This document shows, piece by piece, positions 34,287 through 46,231 of a stretch of DNA of 64,000 bases (its first letter is position 1; every line of letters begins with the position of its first letter). The DNA is from Squalus acanthias (Eukaryota). The translations under genes and the position numbers were made by a program. The stretch is taken from assembly GCA_030390025.1 (NCBI GenBank), contig CM059432.1, positions 117,554,001 through 117,618,000 of the forward strand, read 5' to 3'. Below the pieces are notes generated by a model. It searched no databases and was not told the origin of the DNA. It saw nothing but the letters and a program-made list of their open reading frames with translations.

Positions 34287-34598
34287 GAGGTGTGACAAAA
34301 TGCTTGTCATTTTTTTATTAAAGGCCGAGGTTCGTGGTCCAACTTTTGTCTAGTGTTTTGGACATTATCTCCAGGTTGTGAGAACCAGTTATGTTAATGA
34401 CTGTTTTTTTGTGTTTATTTCTATGAGTTTGTCATGTGGAAATGACACACACAGAGTTTGTAAAATAAATAAGTTTTTGTATTCAAAATATACATGTTTG
34501 GTGTTTGGAATCATTGGTGCCTTGGCCGGCTTAGGGGTTGCATGCTGGGTTCATTGATGTTGTTAGCAATGGCAGAAGCCATTTCCACAGCAGGGGCC

Positions 34599-35758
34599 CT
34601 AGAAGCGGCTTGCTATCAGCTGTTGATGGACGGCCCTTGCAGTTTCACCATTGTGGGCCACCCTCCCGCCTTGGTGCTGCTGATGATCATCCTCCTCGTC
34701 CTCTTCCTCCTCTTCCTCCTCCTCCTCTGGTGGTGCTCCAAGGCCTGGTGGCATTGGCTGGGTCCTGACGATTGCCATGTTATGCAACATGCAGCACACA
34801 ACTACGAAGTTGGATACTCGCTCAGGCGAGTACTGCAGGGCTCCTCCAGAATGGTCGAGACAGCGGAACCGTTGCTTCAGCACGCCGATTGTGCGCTCAA
34901 TGATGTTCCTGGTAGCTTGATGGCTCTCATTGTACCGCAGCTCAGCAGGGGTGTTGGGCGTACGGAGCGGTGTCATCAGCCAGGTGCTCAATGGATACCC
35001 CTTGTCCCCGAGAAGCCAACCAACTGGCTGATGCGGTGCCTCGAAAAGTTCTGCCACAGTAGTCTAGCGCAGGATGAAAGCATCGTGGCAGCTGCCAGGA
35101 TAGTGGGCATTGACAGCGAGTATCAGCTGTCTGTGGTCACAGACCAACTGAACATTCAAGGAATGGAACCCCTTTCTGTTCCGGAAATCCTCGGCATTCT
35201 CATGTGAGCACGCAAAGCCACATGCGTGCAGTCAATGGCGCCCTGCACCATGGGGAAGCCCACTATCCTCGCAAAGCCCAGAGCGCGGTCACGCTGCTTG
35301 TCTCGGGTCATGGGGAAAGAGATGAACTCTTGTCTCCTTTTAAAGAGGGCATTTGTGACCTGCCGGATGCAGCAATGCACCGCGAACTGGGAGATATTGG
35401 CGAGGTCCCCAGCAGCAGCTTGAAATGAGCCAGTAGCATAGAAGTTGAGAGCCACTGTGACCTTCACTGCCACCGACAGAGACGTCCTGGACCTCAGTTG
35501 AGGCTGCAGATCTGGCTGCAGCAGGTGGCAGAGCTCAGTGACCACCTCCTTGCTGAATCGCAGCCTTCGCAAACACAGCTCCTCAGACATATGAATGTAG
35601 GAGAGCTGTTCACGATATACCCTGGGAGGGTAAGCTCTCCTGTACAGATGCCTGTTGGCCCTCCTCCGTCTGGCCATCATTGCCACTCTCTCTCTGCGTC
35701 TCTGTCTCCTCCGATTCAGCTGGAGCAGGACGACGCCCCCATTCAGTGCAGCCCCCAT
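34599..35758 (-). pseudogene. Family A transposase with a single frameshift
   Basis: Matches the 386-aa protein except for a 1-nt deletion near 35205 (gctcacatgagaat versus gctccgcgagagaat), which splits it into two ORFs. Confidence 0.9.
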
Positions 35759-36983
35759 AGTCTCATTGCAAGCAAAGTTATGAAGGACAGCAACCAAAGT
35801 ACCAGCGAAGTTAGGATCAGTAGGCAAAACTACCTCACAAAGCGTTGACTCAATGCAGAAGTCTCTCTTTCTCTCTCTCCGAATCTCTCTCTCTCTCTCA
35901 GAACGAGTGGTGCAAAAATGTCAACCACAGAAAAAGACAGGAAGAGGCCCCCTTTAAATAGCCCCCCCCCCCAGCCCCACAGCGATTGATAGCGTTCCAG
36001 TCTTCCGGTCGTTGGATGCGCCAGGCGGTAAGGCAGGGGGCGCCACTCAATTTCCGCTCCTGGGCGTCACAAGGGCGTTGCACCATGGAATGACGTCACA
36101 ATCTGCGCGCGCAGGTGGTCGCGGCGGTAAAGTTTAGCGCCGCCGCACAATGCCTAGTTAAGTTCCCGAGCGGCGCAAACATCGCTGCGCCCGGGCGCTA
36201 GCGGCTTTGCGCCCCATTTGCGCCCTCTTAAGGCGCTAACGGGAGGCGCAACCAACTGAATTTTCCCCCCAAAGGGTGGTAGAAGTGTGGAATTCTCTTC
36301 CACAAATGGCAATTGATGCTAGATCAATTGTTAATTTTAAATCTAAGATTGATAGCTTTTTGTTAACCAAAGGTATTAAGTGATATAGGCCAAAGGCGGA
36401 TATATGGAGTTAGGTCGCAGATCAGCCATGATCTCATTGAATGGCGGAGCAGGCTCGAGGGTCTGATTGGCCTTCTCCTGCTCCTATTTTCCTATGTTCC
36501 TATCTGTGGAGAGAGAGAAACAGAGTTAACTTTTCAGGTTGGTTATCTTTCAAAAGGTCATCGACCTGAAACATTAACTCTGTTTCTCTCTCCACAGATG
36601 CTGCCTGACCTGCTGAGTATTTCCAGCATTTTCTGTTTTTATCAGCTATTAAATAATTACTTCCTACAGATCTAGCATTAAGTTTTTAATATATTTCCAC
36701 TGCAAAACACAGGACATGTGCCTTAAAATTAACTTGTCCACCAAGATCTGAAAATGATTACAATTTAGAAGCCGTCAATGAGCTCAGGTAGCTACAGCCA
36801 CATGTGCTGCCCATAATACAGCCAGGAATAACTTTAGACACTAAAATAAATAACCCCAACTAACAGATTTGTTGGTAAATTCTAGGAACGTGACTCACAC
36901 TTTCATAAACCAGAATAAAAAGTGGACGAATAATGCAACACTGTTTAAGTGATCGAAATCAGAATCCATAGCAAATGTTTTGT

Positions 36984-37450
36984 GTCAGCTGTGGCTCAGT
37001 TGGTAGCACTCTCGCCTCGGAGTCAGAAGGTTGCGGGTTCAAGTCCCACTCCAGGGACTTGCGCACAAAAATTTAGGCTGACACTCCAGTGCAGTACTGA
37101 GGGAGTGTGGCACTGTCAGAGGCGCAGTCTTTTGGATGAGACATTAAACCGAGGCCCTGTCTGCACCCTCGGTGGCTGTAACAGATCCCATGGCACTATT
37201 TCGAAGAAGAACCGGGGAGTTCTCCCCGGTGTCCTGGCCAATATTAATCCCTCAATCAACATAACAAAAGCAGATTATCTGGTCATTATTACATTGCTGT
37301 TTGTGGGAGCTTGCTGTGCGCAAATTGGCTGCCGTGTTTCCTACATTACAGGCAACGGCTACTCTTCAAAAAGTACTTAATTGGCTGCAAAGCACTTTGG
37401 GACGTCCGGTGGTCATGAAAGGCGCTATATAAATGCAAGTATTTCTTTCT
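36984..37450 (+). mobile_element. Full-length tRNA-derived Deu-domain SINE with an L2-type tail
   Basis: Pol III A box TGGCTCAGTTGG (36992-37003) and B box GGTTCAAGTCC (37036-37046). Central gatgagacattaaaccgaggccc...gatcccatggcactattt Deu-like core and a ggcgctatataaatgcaag tail. Confidence 0.85.
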
Positions 37451-37785
37451 ATTTGTCAATGGCCATTGGCTGCGTCACTTCCGAATTGCCACTGTCCTTG
37501 CTGTGCCATATTCTAATGAGCTCTCCAGCAAATTTAAGTGGCACAACCACGCCCACAGTATGGAGGGGAAAGAACACAGGGTGCATCCAATTTTCGAACT
37601 TAAGCTCTGCCCCCTATTTTGATCAGGCTACATGGGAGATTGACCAGTAGCACATCTAGGTAAGGAACCAAAAATGAGGTTGTAGCTTACCATAAAAGAG
37701 GAAATGTGGTCAGGACAGAAAACTTACATAACTGTTTACAGTGGCACAACAGAGGCATGTGATCACACAGCTCCCTTTGACAACG

Positions 37786-38558
37786 AGGGCGTGAAACTGC
37801 TAACTTTTCACTTTTTGAAAATTAGCGCCCGGCGAAATCCATTGAAAAATGTTGCAAAATTGGACGTTTTCGCCCCAGGAGTGAAGCAGGGTGGTAAATG
37901 AGGTGTTAATGGTCTCAGTGCAGCACTGCACGGGCGCTATTGCCAGAGCGCGACCCAATTTCAGCTGACTTGTGTTCAGCAATCAGCCTTCAAGCCTTGA
38001 CTCGAGCTTATTCCAGCTCTTAAAGGGAAGGTAATTTCAAGCTGCCGCTGCTCATTATCAGCATTGCTGCACTTGAGTGCGACCTCTCAGCTACTGAGAC
38101 AGTTTTGTGCCATGGCTGCTGCAAGGGAGAGGGAGAGGGCTACTCGATTCAGCGATGTGGAATTGGATATGTTCAGCAGCTTGTCTGACAATGTCTCAGC
38201 AGCGTTATGGCTGACAAAAATGTTTCCCCAAATGGCGCCTTTAAATAGTGTGCACGGAGCCAACTCCCAACTGCAACGCGACAGCTGATGCTGTCGTTGT
38301 TAGCGGCAGGTGGTAAGTAAGGGGATGCGGCTGAATTTTGTATCCGGGGCGCTAACAGGGCGCTGTGCCCGGCGATGATGTCATCATCGCCGGATGCGGC
38401 CAAGCGGGGCGGTACCTACAGGAGTGGGGCGCTAACTCTTAGCGTCTCTGCAAAAACCCAGCCCAATTTAGCATGGGGCGCTAATATCGCCACGCTGGGT
38501 GAAAACCCATTTGCCCCATGGAGGCGCTTTGGCAGGCGCAAAGCAGCCGAATTTCGCA
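37786..38558. mobile_element. Non-autonomous Harbinger derivative
   Basis: CpG-rich termini with ggcgctaa motifs. It retains a Myb start remnant (MAAARERERATRFSDVELD). Confidence 0.6.
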
Positions 38559-38564
38559 GTTATG

Positions 38565-40793
38565 CTTCAGAACATGTACCTAACAGTGATCATAATATAA
38601 TTAGGCTTAAAGTAGTTATGGAAAGGGACAAAGAAAAATCAAAGGTGAAAATATCCAACTGGAAGAAAGCCAATTTCAGTGATTTGAGATAGGATCTAAC
38701 ACAGGTGGACTGGAAACAAAGATTGGCCAGGAAAACAGTAAATGAGCAATGGCAGGCCTTCAAGGTTCAGGTGCAAACCAAGCATATTCCCATAAGGAAA
38801 GAAGATGGGGCATCCAAAGCTAGAGCTCCCTGGATGACAAAGGAAATAGAGGTTAAACTAAAACAGAAAAAGGAGGTTTATGATAAATGTCAGGTACGCA
38901 AGACAGTAGAAAACCAGGCAGAATACAGAGAATGCAGGGGGAAATTGAAAAAAGATATCAGAAGGACAAAGAGAGAGTATGAGAAAAGATTAACGGGTAA
39001 CATAAAACGGAACGTATAAAAAGTAAAAGGATAGTTAAAGCAATGGTGGGGCTGATGAGGGGGGGAAAAAATCTTCTTGTGGAAGCAGAGGGCATGACTG
39101 AGGTACTGAATAAATACTTTGCATCTGTCTTCACAAAAGAAGAGGATGAAGTTAATGTTAGAGTAGAGGAGGGGGGAGTAGAGATATAGGAGTAGGATAA
39201 ACATAGATAGAAAGGAGCAGCTAAATAGGTTGGCATCACTCAAAAGATAACAAGTCACCCAGTCCAGATGGGATGCATCCTAGGTTGCTGAGGGAAGCTA
39301 GGGTGGAGATAGAAGAAGCTCTGACCATGATCTTTCAATCCTCCTTGGATATGGCAGTGGTGCCAGCAGAGTTAGGATTGCAGATGTTGCAGCCTGTTCA
39401 AAAAAAGGGGAGAGGGATAAACCTGGTAACTACAGGCCATCAGTCTAACGTCAGTGGTGGGAAAACTACAAGAAACCATTGTCAAGGACAAAATTAATTC
39501 TCACTTGGAGAAGCCCGAGTTAATAAGGGACAGCCAGCACGGATTTGTTAAAGGCAAATTGGGTCTGACTAAACTGATTGATTTCTTTGATGAAGTAACA
39601 GTGAGGGTTGTTGAAGGTAGTGCAGTCGATGTATAAATGGACTTTCAAAAGGCATTTGATAAAGTACCTTATAACAGACTTATTCAGAAAATAGAAGCAC
39701 ATGGTATTAAAGGGACGGTGGTAACTTGGGTACGTAATTGGCTAAGGGATAGGAGGCAGAGAGAAGTGGTGAATGGATGTTTTTCTGACTAGAGAAAAGT
39801 ATGCAGTGGGGTATTAGGACCATTGCTTTTCTTGCTATATATAAATGACCTGAGTTTGGTTATAGGGAGTACAATTTTGAAGTTTGCGGACGATACAAAA
39901 CTTGGCAGCATAGTAAATAGTGACCAGGATAGTAGCAGACTTCAGGAGGACATCAACAGACTGGTGAAATTGGTAGATACATGGAAGATGCAATTAAATG
40001 CAGATAAGTGTCAAGTGATGCACTTTGAGATAAACAACATGGCGATGCAGTATAATCTAAATGGTACTATTTTGAAGGGGTGCAAGAACAAAGGGACCTG
40101 GGGGTGCATATTCACAAATCTTTGAAGGTGGCAGGGCAAGTTGATAAGGTGGCTGAGAAACCAGATGCAGTACTTGGCTTTGTAAATAGAGGCATTGAAT
40201 ACAAAAACAAGGAAGTCTTGCTAAACCATTACAAATTTCTGGTTAGCCCTCAGCTGGAGTATTGTGTATAATTCTAGGCACCACACTTTAGGAAGGATAT
40301 CAAGGCCTTGGGGAGGGCACAGAGGAGGTTTACCAGGATGATACCAGGGATGAGGGAGTTCAATTATGTGGAGAGATTGGAGAAGCTGGGATTGTTCTCT
40401 TTATAGCAGAGAAAGTTAAGGGGAGACCTAATAGAGGTATTCAAAATTATGAGGAGTTTTGATAGAGCAAGGAGGGAGAAACTATTTCTCTGGCAAGTGG
40501 GTCAGTAACCAGAAATTACAGATTTAAAATAATTGGCAAAAGCATTAGAGAGGAAATTAGGAGAAATTTCTTCAAAAAGAGGGCTGTTACGATCGGGAAC
40601 ACAAGGGTGGTGGAATCGGATTCCCATAGGAAATTTCAAAAGGCAATTGGACATGTACTTGAAGAGGACTAATTTGCAGGATTATGGAGAAAAAGCTGGG
40701 TAATGGGACTAAATTGAACAGCCCTGTCAAAGAGCCGGCACAGGCATGGCGAATTGAATGGCCTTCTCTGTGCTGTAAGACTGTATGATTCTA
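38565..40793 (+). mobile_element. CR1 LINE ORF2 (endonuclease end plus RT) and 3' UTR, degenerate
   Basis: SDHNII, DGMHPRLLRE, QHGFVKGK, LYINDL and KFADDTKL motifs with frameshifts. Confidence 0.9.
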
Positions 40794-41032
40794 AGAAGGA
40801 GAGTCCTTTTTGGAACTGTGCGCTGTCCTCTGCCAACTGCATGAAAGAAGGCCAGTTACCATGCCAATCCAATTACCCAGCTCCCTTGTATTTGGCTGCA
40901 AATTAGGAAGATGAGTTCTGCTCCCAGGAGCAAGATTGAAAAGTGAGCTTGCCCCTTGGGAGGTTCATCAAACCTGTTACAAACCTAAATTGGAAACTTA
41001 CCTTCCCTCTGGGAAGTACCATTTCAAGCAAT

Positions 41033-44000
41033 ATCATAGAATCATAGAAATTTACGGCACAGAAGGAGGCCATTCGACCCATCGTGTCTGTGCCGGCCGA
41101 AAAAAAGCTATCCAGCCTAATCCCACTTTCCAGCTCTTAGTTGTAGCCTTGTAGGTTACGGCACTTCAAGTGCATATCCAAGTACTTTTTAAATGCGATG
41201 AGGGTTTCTGCCTCTACCACCCTTTCAGACAGTGAGTTCCAGACCCCCACCACCCTCTGGGTGAAAAAAATTCTTATCAACTCCCCTCTAATCCTTCTAA
41301 CAATTACTTTAAATCTATTCCCCCTGGTTATTGACCTCTCTGCTAAGGGAAATAGGTGCTTCCTATTCACTCTATCTAGACCCCTCATAATTTTTATACA
41401 TCTCAATCAAGTCTCCCCTCAGCCTCCTCTGTTCCAAAGAAAACAACCCCAACCTATCCAATCTTTCCTCATAGCTAAAATTCTCCAGTACTGGCATCAT
41501 CCTCGTAAATCTCCTCTGTACCCTCTCAAGTGCAATCACATCCTTCCTGTAATGTGGTGACCAGAACTGCAAGCAGTACTCTAGCTGTGGCCTAACTAGT
41601 GTTTTATACAGTTCCAAGCATAACCTCCATGCTCTTATATTCTATGCCACGGCTAATAAAGGAAAGTATCCCATATGCCCTCTTAACGACCTTATCTACC
41701 TGTCCTGATACCTTCAGGGATCTGTGGACATGTACTCCAAGGTCCCTCTGTTCCTCTACACTTCTTAGCATCCTATCATTTATTGTGCATTCCCTTGCCT
41801 TGTTAGCCCTCCCTAAATGCATTACCTCACACTTCTCCAGATTGAATTCCATTTGCCATTGTTCTGCCCACCTTACCTTATGCAGTCTACAGCTTTCTTC
41901 CTCACTATCAACCACATGGCCAATTTTTGTATCATCGGCAAAGTTCTTAATCATGCCCCTTACATTGAAGTCTAAATCATTGATATTTACCACAAAAAGC
42001 AAGGGACCTTGTACTGAGCCCTGCGGAATCCCACTGGAAACAGCCTTCCTGTCACAAAAACCCTTGTTGGCTATTGCCCTTTGCTTCCTGCAACTGAGTC
42101 AATTTTGGATCCAACTTGCCACTTTCCTTTGGATCTCATGGGCTTTTACTTTTCTGACCAGTCTGTCATGTGGGACCTTGTCGAAAGCCTTGCTAAAATA
42201 ATGTAGACTACATCAAATTCACTACCCTCATCAACCCTCCTTGTTACCTCCTCAAAAATTGCAATCAAGTTAGTCAGACACGACCTTCCCTTAACAAATC
42301 CATGCTGACTGCCCTTGATTAATCCATGCCTTTTTTAAATGACAATTAATATTGTCCCTCAGAAGTTTATCTAATAATTTGCCCACCACCAAAGTTAGGC
42401 TGACTGGCCTGTAATTACTCAGTCTATCTCTTCCTCCCTTTTTAAACAACGGTACAATGTTAGCAGTCCTCCAGTCCTCCGACACCTCGCCTGTAGCCAG
42501 GGAGGATTGGAAAATGATGGCCAGAGCCTCCGCTATTTCCTCCCTTGCTTCTCTGAACAACCTGGGATACATTTCATCCGTGCCTGGCAATTTATCTACT
42601 TTCAAAGGTGCTAAACCCCCTAATATTTCCCCTCTTTTATCTCATCACTATTTCACACTCCTCCTCCTTAACTACAATGTCTGCATCATCCCTCTCTTTT
42701 GTGAAAACAGACGCAAAGTATTCATTAAGAACCATACCCACGTCTTCCGCCTCCACACACAAGCTTACCTTTTTGGTCTCTAATAGGCCCTACTCTTACT
42801 TTAGTTATCCTTTTGCTCTTTATGTATTTATAAAACATCTTTGGGTTTTCCTTGATTTTTGCTTGCCAATATATTTTCATGCCCTCTCTTTACTTTCCTC
42901 ATTTCTTTTTTAATTTCACTGCTTTTGCTAAATCACATCTCAGCTTAGTAAAATTGGCTTTTACCCAGTTGAGAACTTTTACTCCTGGTCTATCTTTGTC
43001 CTTTTCCATAACTACCCTAAATCTAACTGAATGATGATCACTACCACCAAAATGCTCTCCCACTGATTCCCCTTCCACCTGTCCAGTTTAATTCCCTAAA
43101 ACCAAGTTCAGAACTGTCCCTTTTCTTGTAGGGCTTGCTACGTGCTGGCTAGAAAAGTTCTCCTGAATACATTTTAAGAATTCTGCCCCCTCTATACCTT
43201 TTACACTGATTCTATTCCAGTTAATGTTAGGTTAGTTGAAATCCCCTACTATTACTGCCCTATTGTAAGTTTGCCTACATATTTGCTCTTCTATTTGAGG
43301 ATCTGTAGTACACTCCCAGCAGTGTAATTGCCCCTTTTTTTTCTTCAGTTGAACACACATGGCCTCATTTGGTGATCCTTCTAAGATAGCAACCCTCCTC
43401 ACAGCTGGAATTGTTTCTTTAACCAATATTGCGACCACCTCCCTCCTTTTTTTAATCCCTCTATCTATCTCGTCTGAATACCCTGTAACCAGAAATGTTG
43501 AACTGCCATTCCTGCCCTTCTTTCAGCCATGTTTCAGTGATAGCTATGATATCAACCTTCCATATGTCTATCTGTGCCCTCAGCTCATCTGCCTTATTCA
43601 CTAGACTCCTTGCATTGAAGTATATACCATTAAGCACTGCCAAACCCCTTTGTTGTCTATTATCTAGCCTTTGTTATTTCTGCCTTCCATTTCCAGCTTT
43701 GCTTCTCTCCCTTCTGACTCTACGCTCAGGTTCCCATCCCCTGCCAAGCTAGTTTAAACCCTCCCCAACAGCACTAGCAATCCCTCACCACCACACCGCC
43801 CCCCCCCTCCCCCCCACCACCTCGCAAGGATATTGGTCCCAGTCCTGTTGCGGTGCAACCCGTCTGGCCTGTTCAGGTCCCACCTCCTCCACAAGCGGTC
43901 TCAATGCCTCAGGAATCTAAAGCCCTCCCTCCTGCACCACCTCTCCAGCCATGCATTCATCTGCTCTATCCTCCTATTTCAGTACTCACTAGTGCATGGC

Positions 44001-44740
44001 ACCGGGAGTAATCCAGAGATTACTATCTTTGAGGTCCTGCTTAATAATCTCTTTCCTAGCTCCCTAATATCTGCCTGCTGGACCTCATCCCTCTTTCTAC
44101 CGATGCCATTGGTATCAATATGGACCACGACCTCTGGCTGTTCACCCTCCCCCCTCAGAGTGTCCTGCAGCTGTTCAGTGACATCCTTGACCCTGGCACC
44201 ATGCAGGAAACATACCATCCTGGAATCACGTCTGCGGCCGCAGAAACACCTGCCTGTTCCCTTAACTATTGAATCCCCTATCACTATTGCTTTCCTGACC
44301 TTCTTCCTCCCCCCTCCCCCTGTACAGCTGAGTCACCCATGGTGCTGTGGCCTTGGCTCTAGCTGTACTCCCCAGAAGAACCATTGCCCAATACCGGTTA
44401 CAGAGCAAGATGCACTCAGGGGACTCCTGCACTACCTGCCTGGTCCTCCTTGTCTGTCTGGCAGTCACCCATTCCCTCTCTGCCTGCAAACTCTTAAGCT
44501 GCAGGGTGACCATATCCTGAAACATGCTATCCACGTAGCTCTCAGCCTCGTGGATGCACTGCAGTGACGCCAGCCGCTGCTCAAGCGCTGAAACCCGGAG
44601 CTTGAGCTCCTCCAGCTGACGACACTTCCTGCACACATGGTTGTCCAGGACATGAGAAGCATCCTGGATTTCCCACATGGCACACGATGTGCATTCGACA
44701 GGACTGAGGTGCCCTGCCATGCCTCTATTTATTAGACTAC
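41033..44740 (-). mobile_element. Near full-length CR1 LINE (ORF1 plus ORF2), degenerate
   Basis: ORF1 at 44720 to about 43750: CxxC...CxxC zinc finger, leucine-zipper-like region and SGNH esterase (IGDSIV, VVVHIDTN). ORF2 from about 43643: YFNARSL, IAITETW, GDFN, NYRPVSLT, FADDTKI. Ends in an (attctatg) tail. Confidence 0.92.
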
Positions 44741-44839
44741 TAACTAAACTTCTTTGTTTAACCCACTGCCCTAACTTAGAGAGAAAATGACAACATTATT
44801 TACTCAAGTTTGACAAGAGCCAGAGATACTAAACACAAA

Positions 44840-44899
44840 GGGCTAGAAATTCTGTGCACTTGCGCCTCTCCAAAATGGTCGCTAACGAATTTTTCCCCC
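44840..44899. mobile_element. 60-bp minimal Harbinger element
   Basis: gggctagaaatt...aatttttccccc flanked by AAA on both sides (44837-44839, 44900-44902). Confidence 0.7.
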
Positions 44900-45624
44900 A
44901 AAGAACCTAAATATTAGATATCTAGATACTTAACTTAGAATCCTTCTTTTGAGTTGGATGTGAGAAACCGCCTTCCTCCTCTCCATCAAATTCATACTAA
45001 CACCAAATTATTCTACTCTGCGATCCACTCTGATTGCGATTTACAATATGTGTAATCATTACCCTTATATCCATAATCTATCATTGTGTCCCAGCTGCTT
45101 AGAACATATTTCTTGGAGGTGGAGGTGGCGGACATAACACTGCAAATAAATGCTCAGGTTTCCAGCCCAAGACCCTCCTTTTCTGTTGAGGGGTTTCTCA
45201 CTGGAGCCAACAGCCATGGATCTACACAATAGTCTCCTTCTCCTGAGGACCATCCACATAGTGTTTCTCCTCCTTCACACAATGTGGGCAAATTGGATTA
45301 CTACTTCCTAGATGATGGCCACTGATGTGCATGATGTTTCTGTGGTTAGATACCACCTGATTATTCATTGAGAGCAAATCTTTTTCATGAAGGCCATGGG
45401 TTCATATCAAAGAGCCCTGGTTCCATGGGTTCCATGTGCAACATTTTTCCTTCAAGGGAACACTGCCATCCAGTGAAAGCTGTGTATTCTGTCCAGCCGA
45501 TGGCTCTTCTCCACAGGAGAAGTGATGAAGGTGTTCCTATGCAACATAGTAGTTGTCACTACCCTGATACATGTATGTACTGCAAACTATGTGATAAGGA
45601 AGGTTTCTTTTGGATTGACTTGGA

Positions 45625-46055
45625 ACATAGGAACAGGAATAAGCCAGTAAGTCCCTTGAGCCTGTTGTGCCATTCAATCAGATCCTGGCTGACCTGTACC
45701 TCAACTCCATTTACCCACCTTTGATTCATATCTTTGATACCCTTACCTAATCAAAATATGTCAATCTCAGTCTTGAAAATTTAAATTGCTCCATCATCCA
45801 CAACCTTTTGGGGGAAAGATTTCCACTATCCTTTGTGTGAAAAAGTGCTTCCTGATTTCTCTCCTGAATAGCCTAGCTCTAATTTTAAGTTTGTGCCATC
45901 TTGTTCTGGATTCCTCACCAGAGGAAATGGCTTTTCTGTATCTACCTAATCAAAACCTTTTATCATTTTAAACAGCAAGATTAGATCACGCCTCAACCTT
46001 CTAAACTCAAGGGAATACAAGCCAAGTTTACGCAACCTGTCCTCATAAATTAATC
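45625..46055 (-). mobile_element. CR1 3' fragment
   Basis: Similar to 17597-18140. Confidence 0.7.
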
Positions 46056-46231
46056 CTTGAGGATGGGGTTTCATGGAAGTTTTGATAACTTGCATTCCAC
46101 TAGAAGAGCCATAACTGTTCAGGTGTTGTGCAGATCATTGGGCAACAGATTGCATAACTCTTGTGAATTGCACATGGTGAAGACAGGACTCCTCTGATAT
46201 GTCCAGGAAGTAACGGAGAGGATTGATGAGC

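Larger units (their letters stand above)
32107..36270 (-). mobile_element. PIF/Harbinger family A, copy 2 (4164 bp), inverted relative to copy 1
   Basis: TIRs gggggaaaaatt and aattttcccccc with AAA TSD (32104-32106, 36271-36273). Colinear and highly similar to the reverse complement of 20040-24360. Confidence 0.93.
31791..36500 (+). mobile_element. 5'-truncated CR1 LINE (31791-32106 plus 36271-36500) split by Harbinger copy 2
   Basis: LEYC.QFWAPHLRKDI motif. The flanks rejoin as cacttctacacacaaagggtggtagaag, and it ends in a (ttcctatg)-like tail. Confidence 0.85.
31709..36643. mobile_element. Penelope-like inverted terminal structure (arms 31709-31789 plus 36502-36545, and 36552-36643) hosting CR1 and Harbinger insertions
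   Basis: Removing the inserts restores gcagcatctgtggagagagagaaacagagttaac...tttcaggt followed by its reverse complement. AGCTATTAAAT is repeated at 31694-31704 and 36644-36654. Confidence 0.65.

Noticed and set aside
36984..37060. tRNA gene
   Set aside because: The A/B boxes continue into a SINE body and tail, and a second copy exists at 13107-14322.
38565..44740. Tail-to-tail CR1 pair as a single inverted-repeat element
   Set aside because: The two copies are visibly diverged from each other, have separate tails and lack shared termini, so they are independent insertions.
45180..45620. Possible decayed coding sequence of another element
   Set aside because: No diagnostic motif could be read in any frame.
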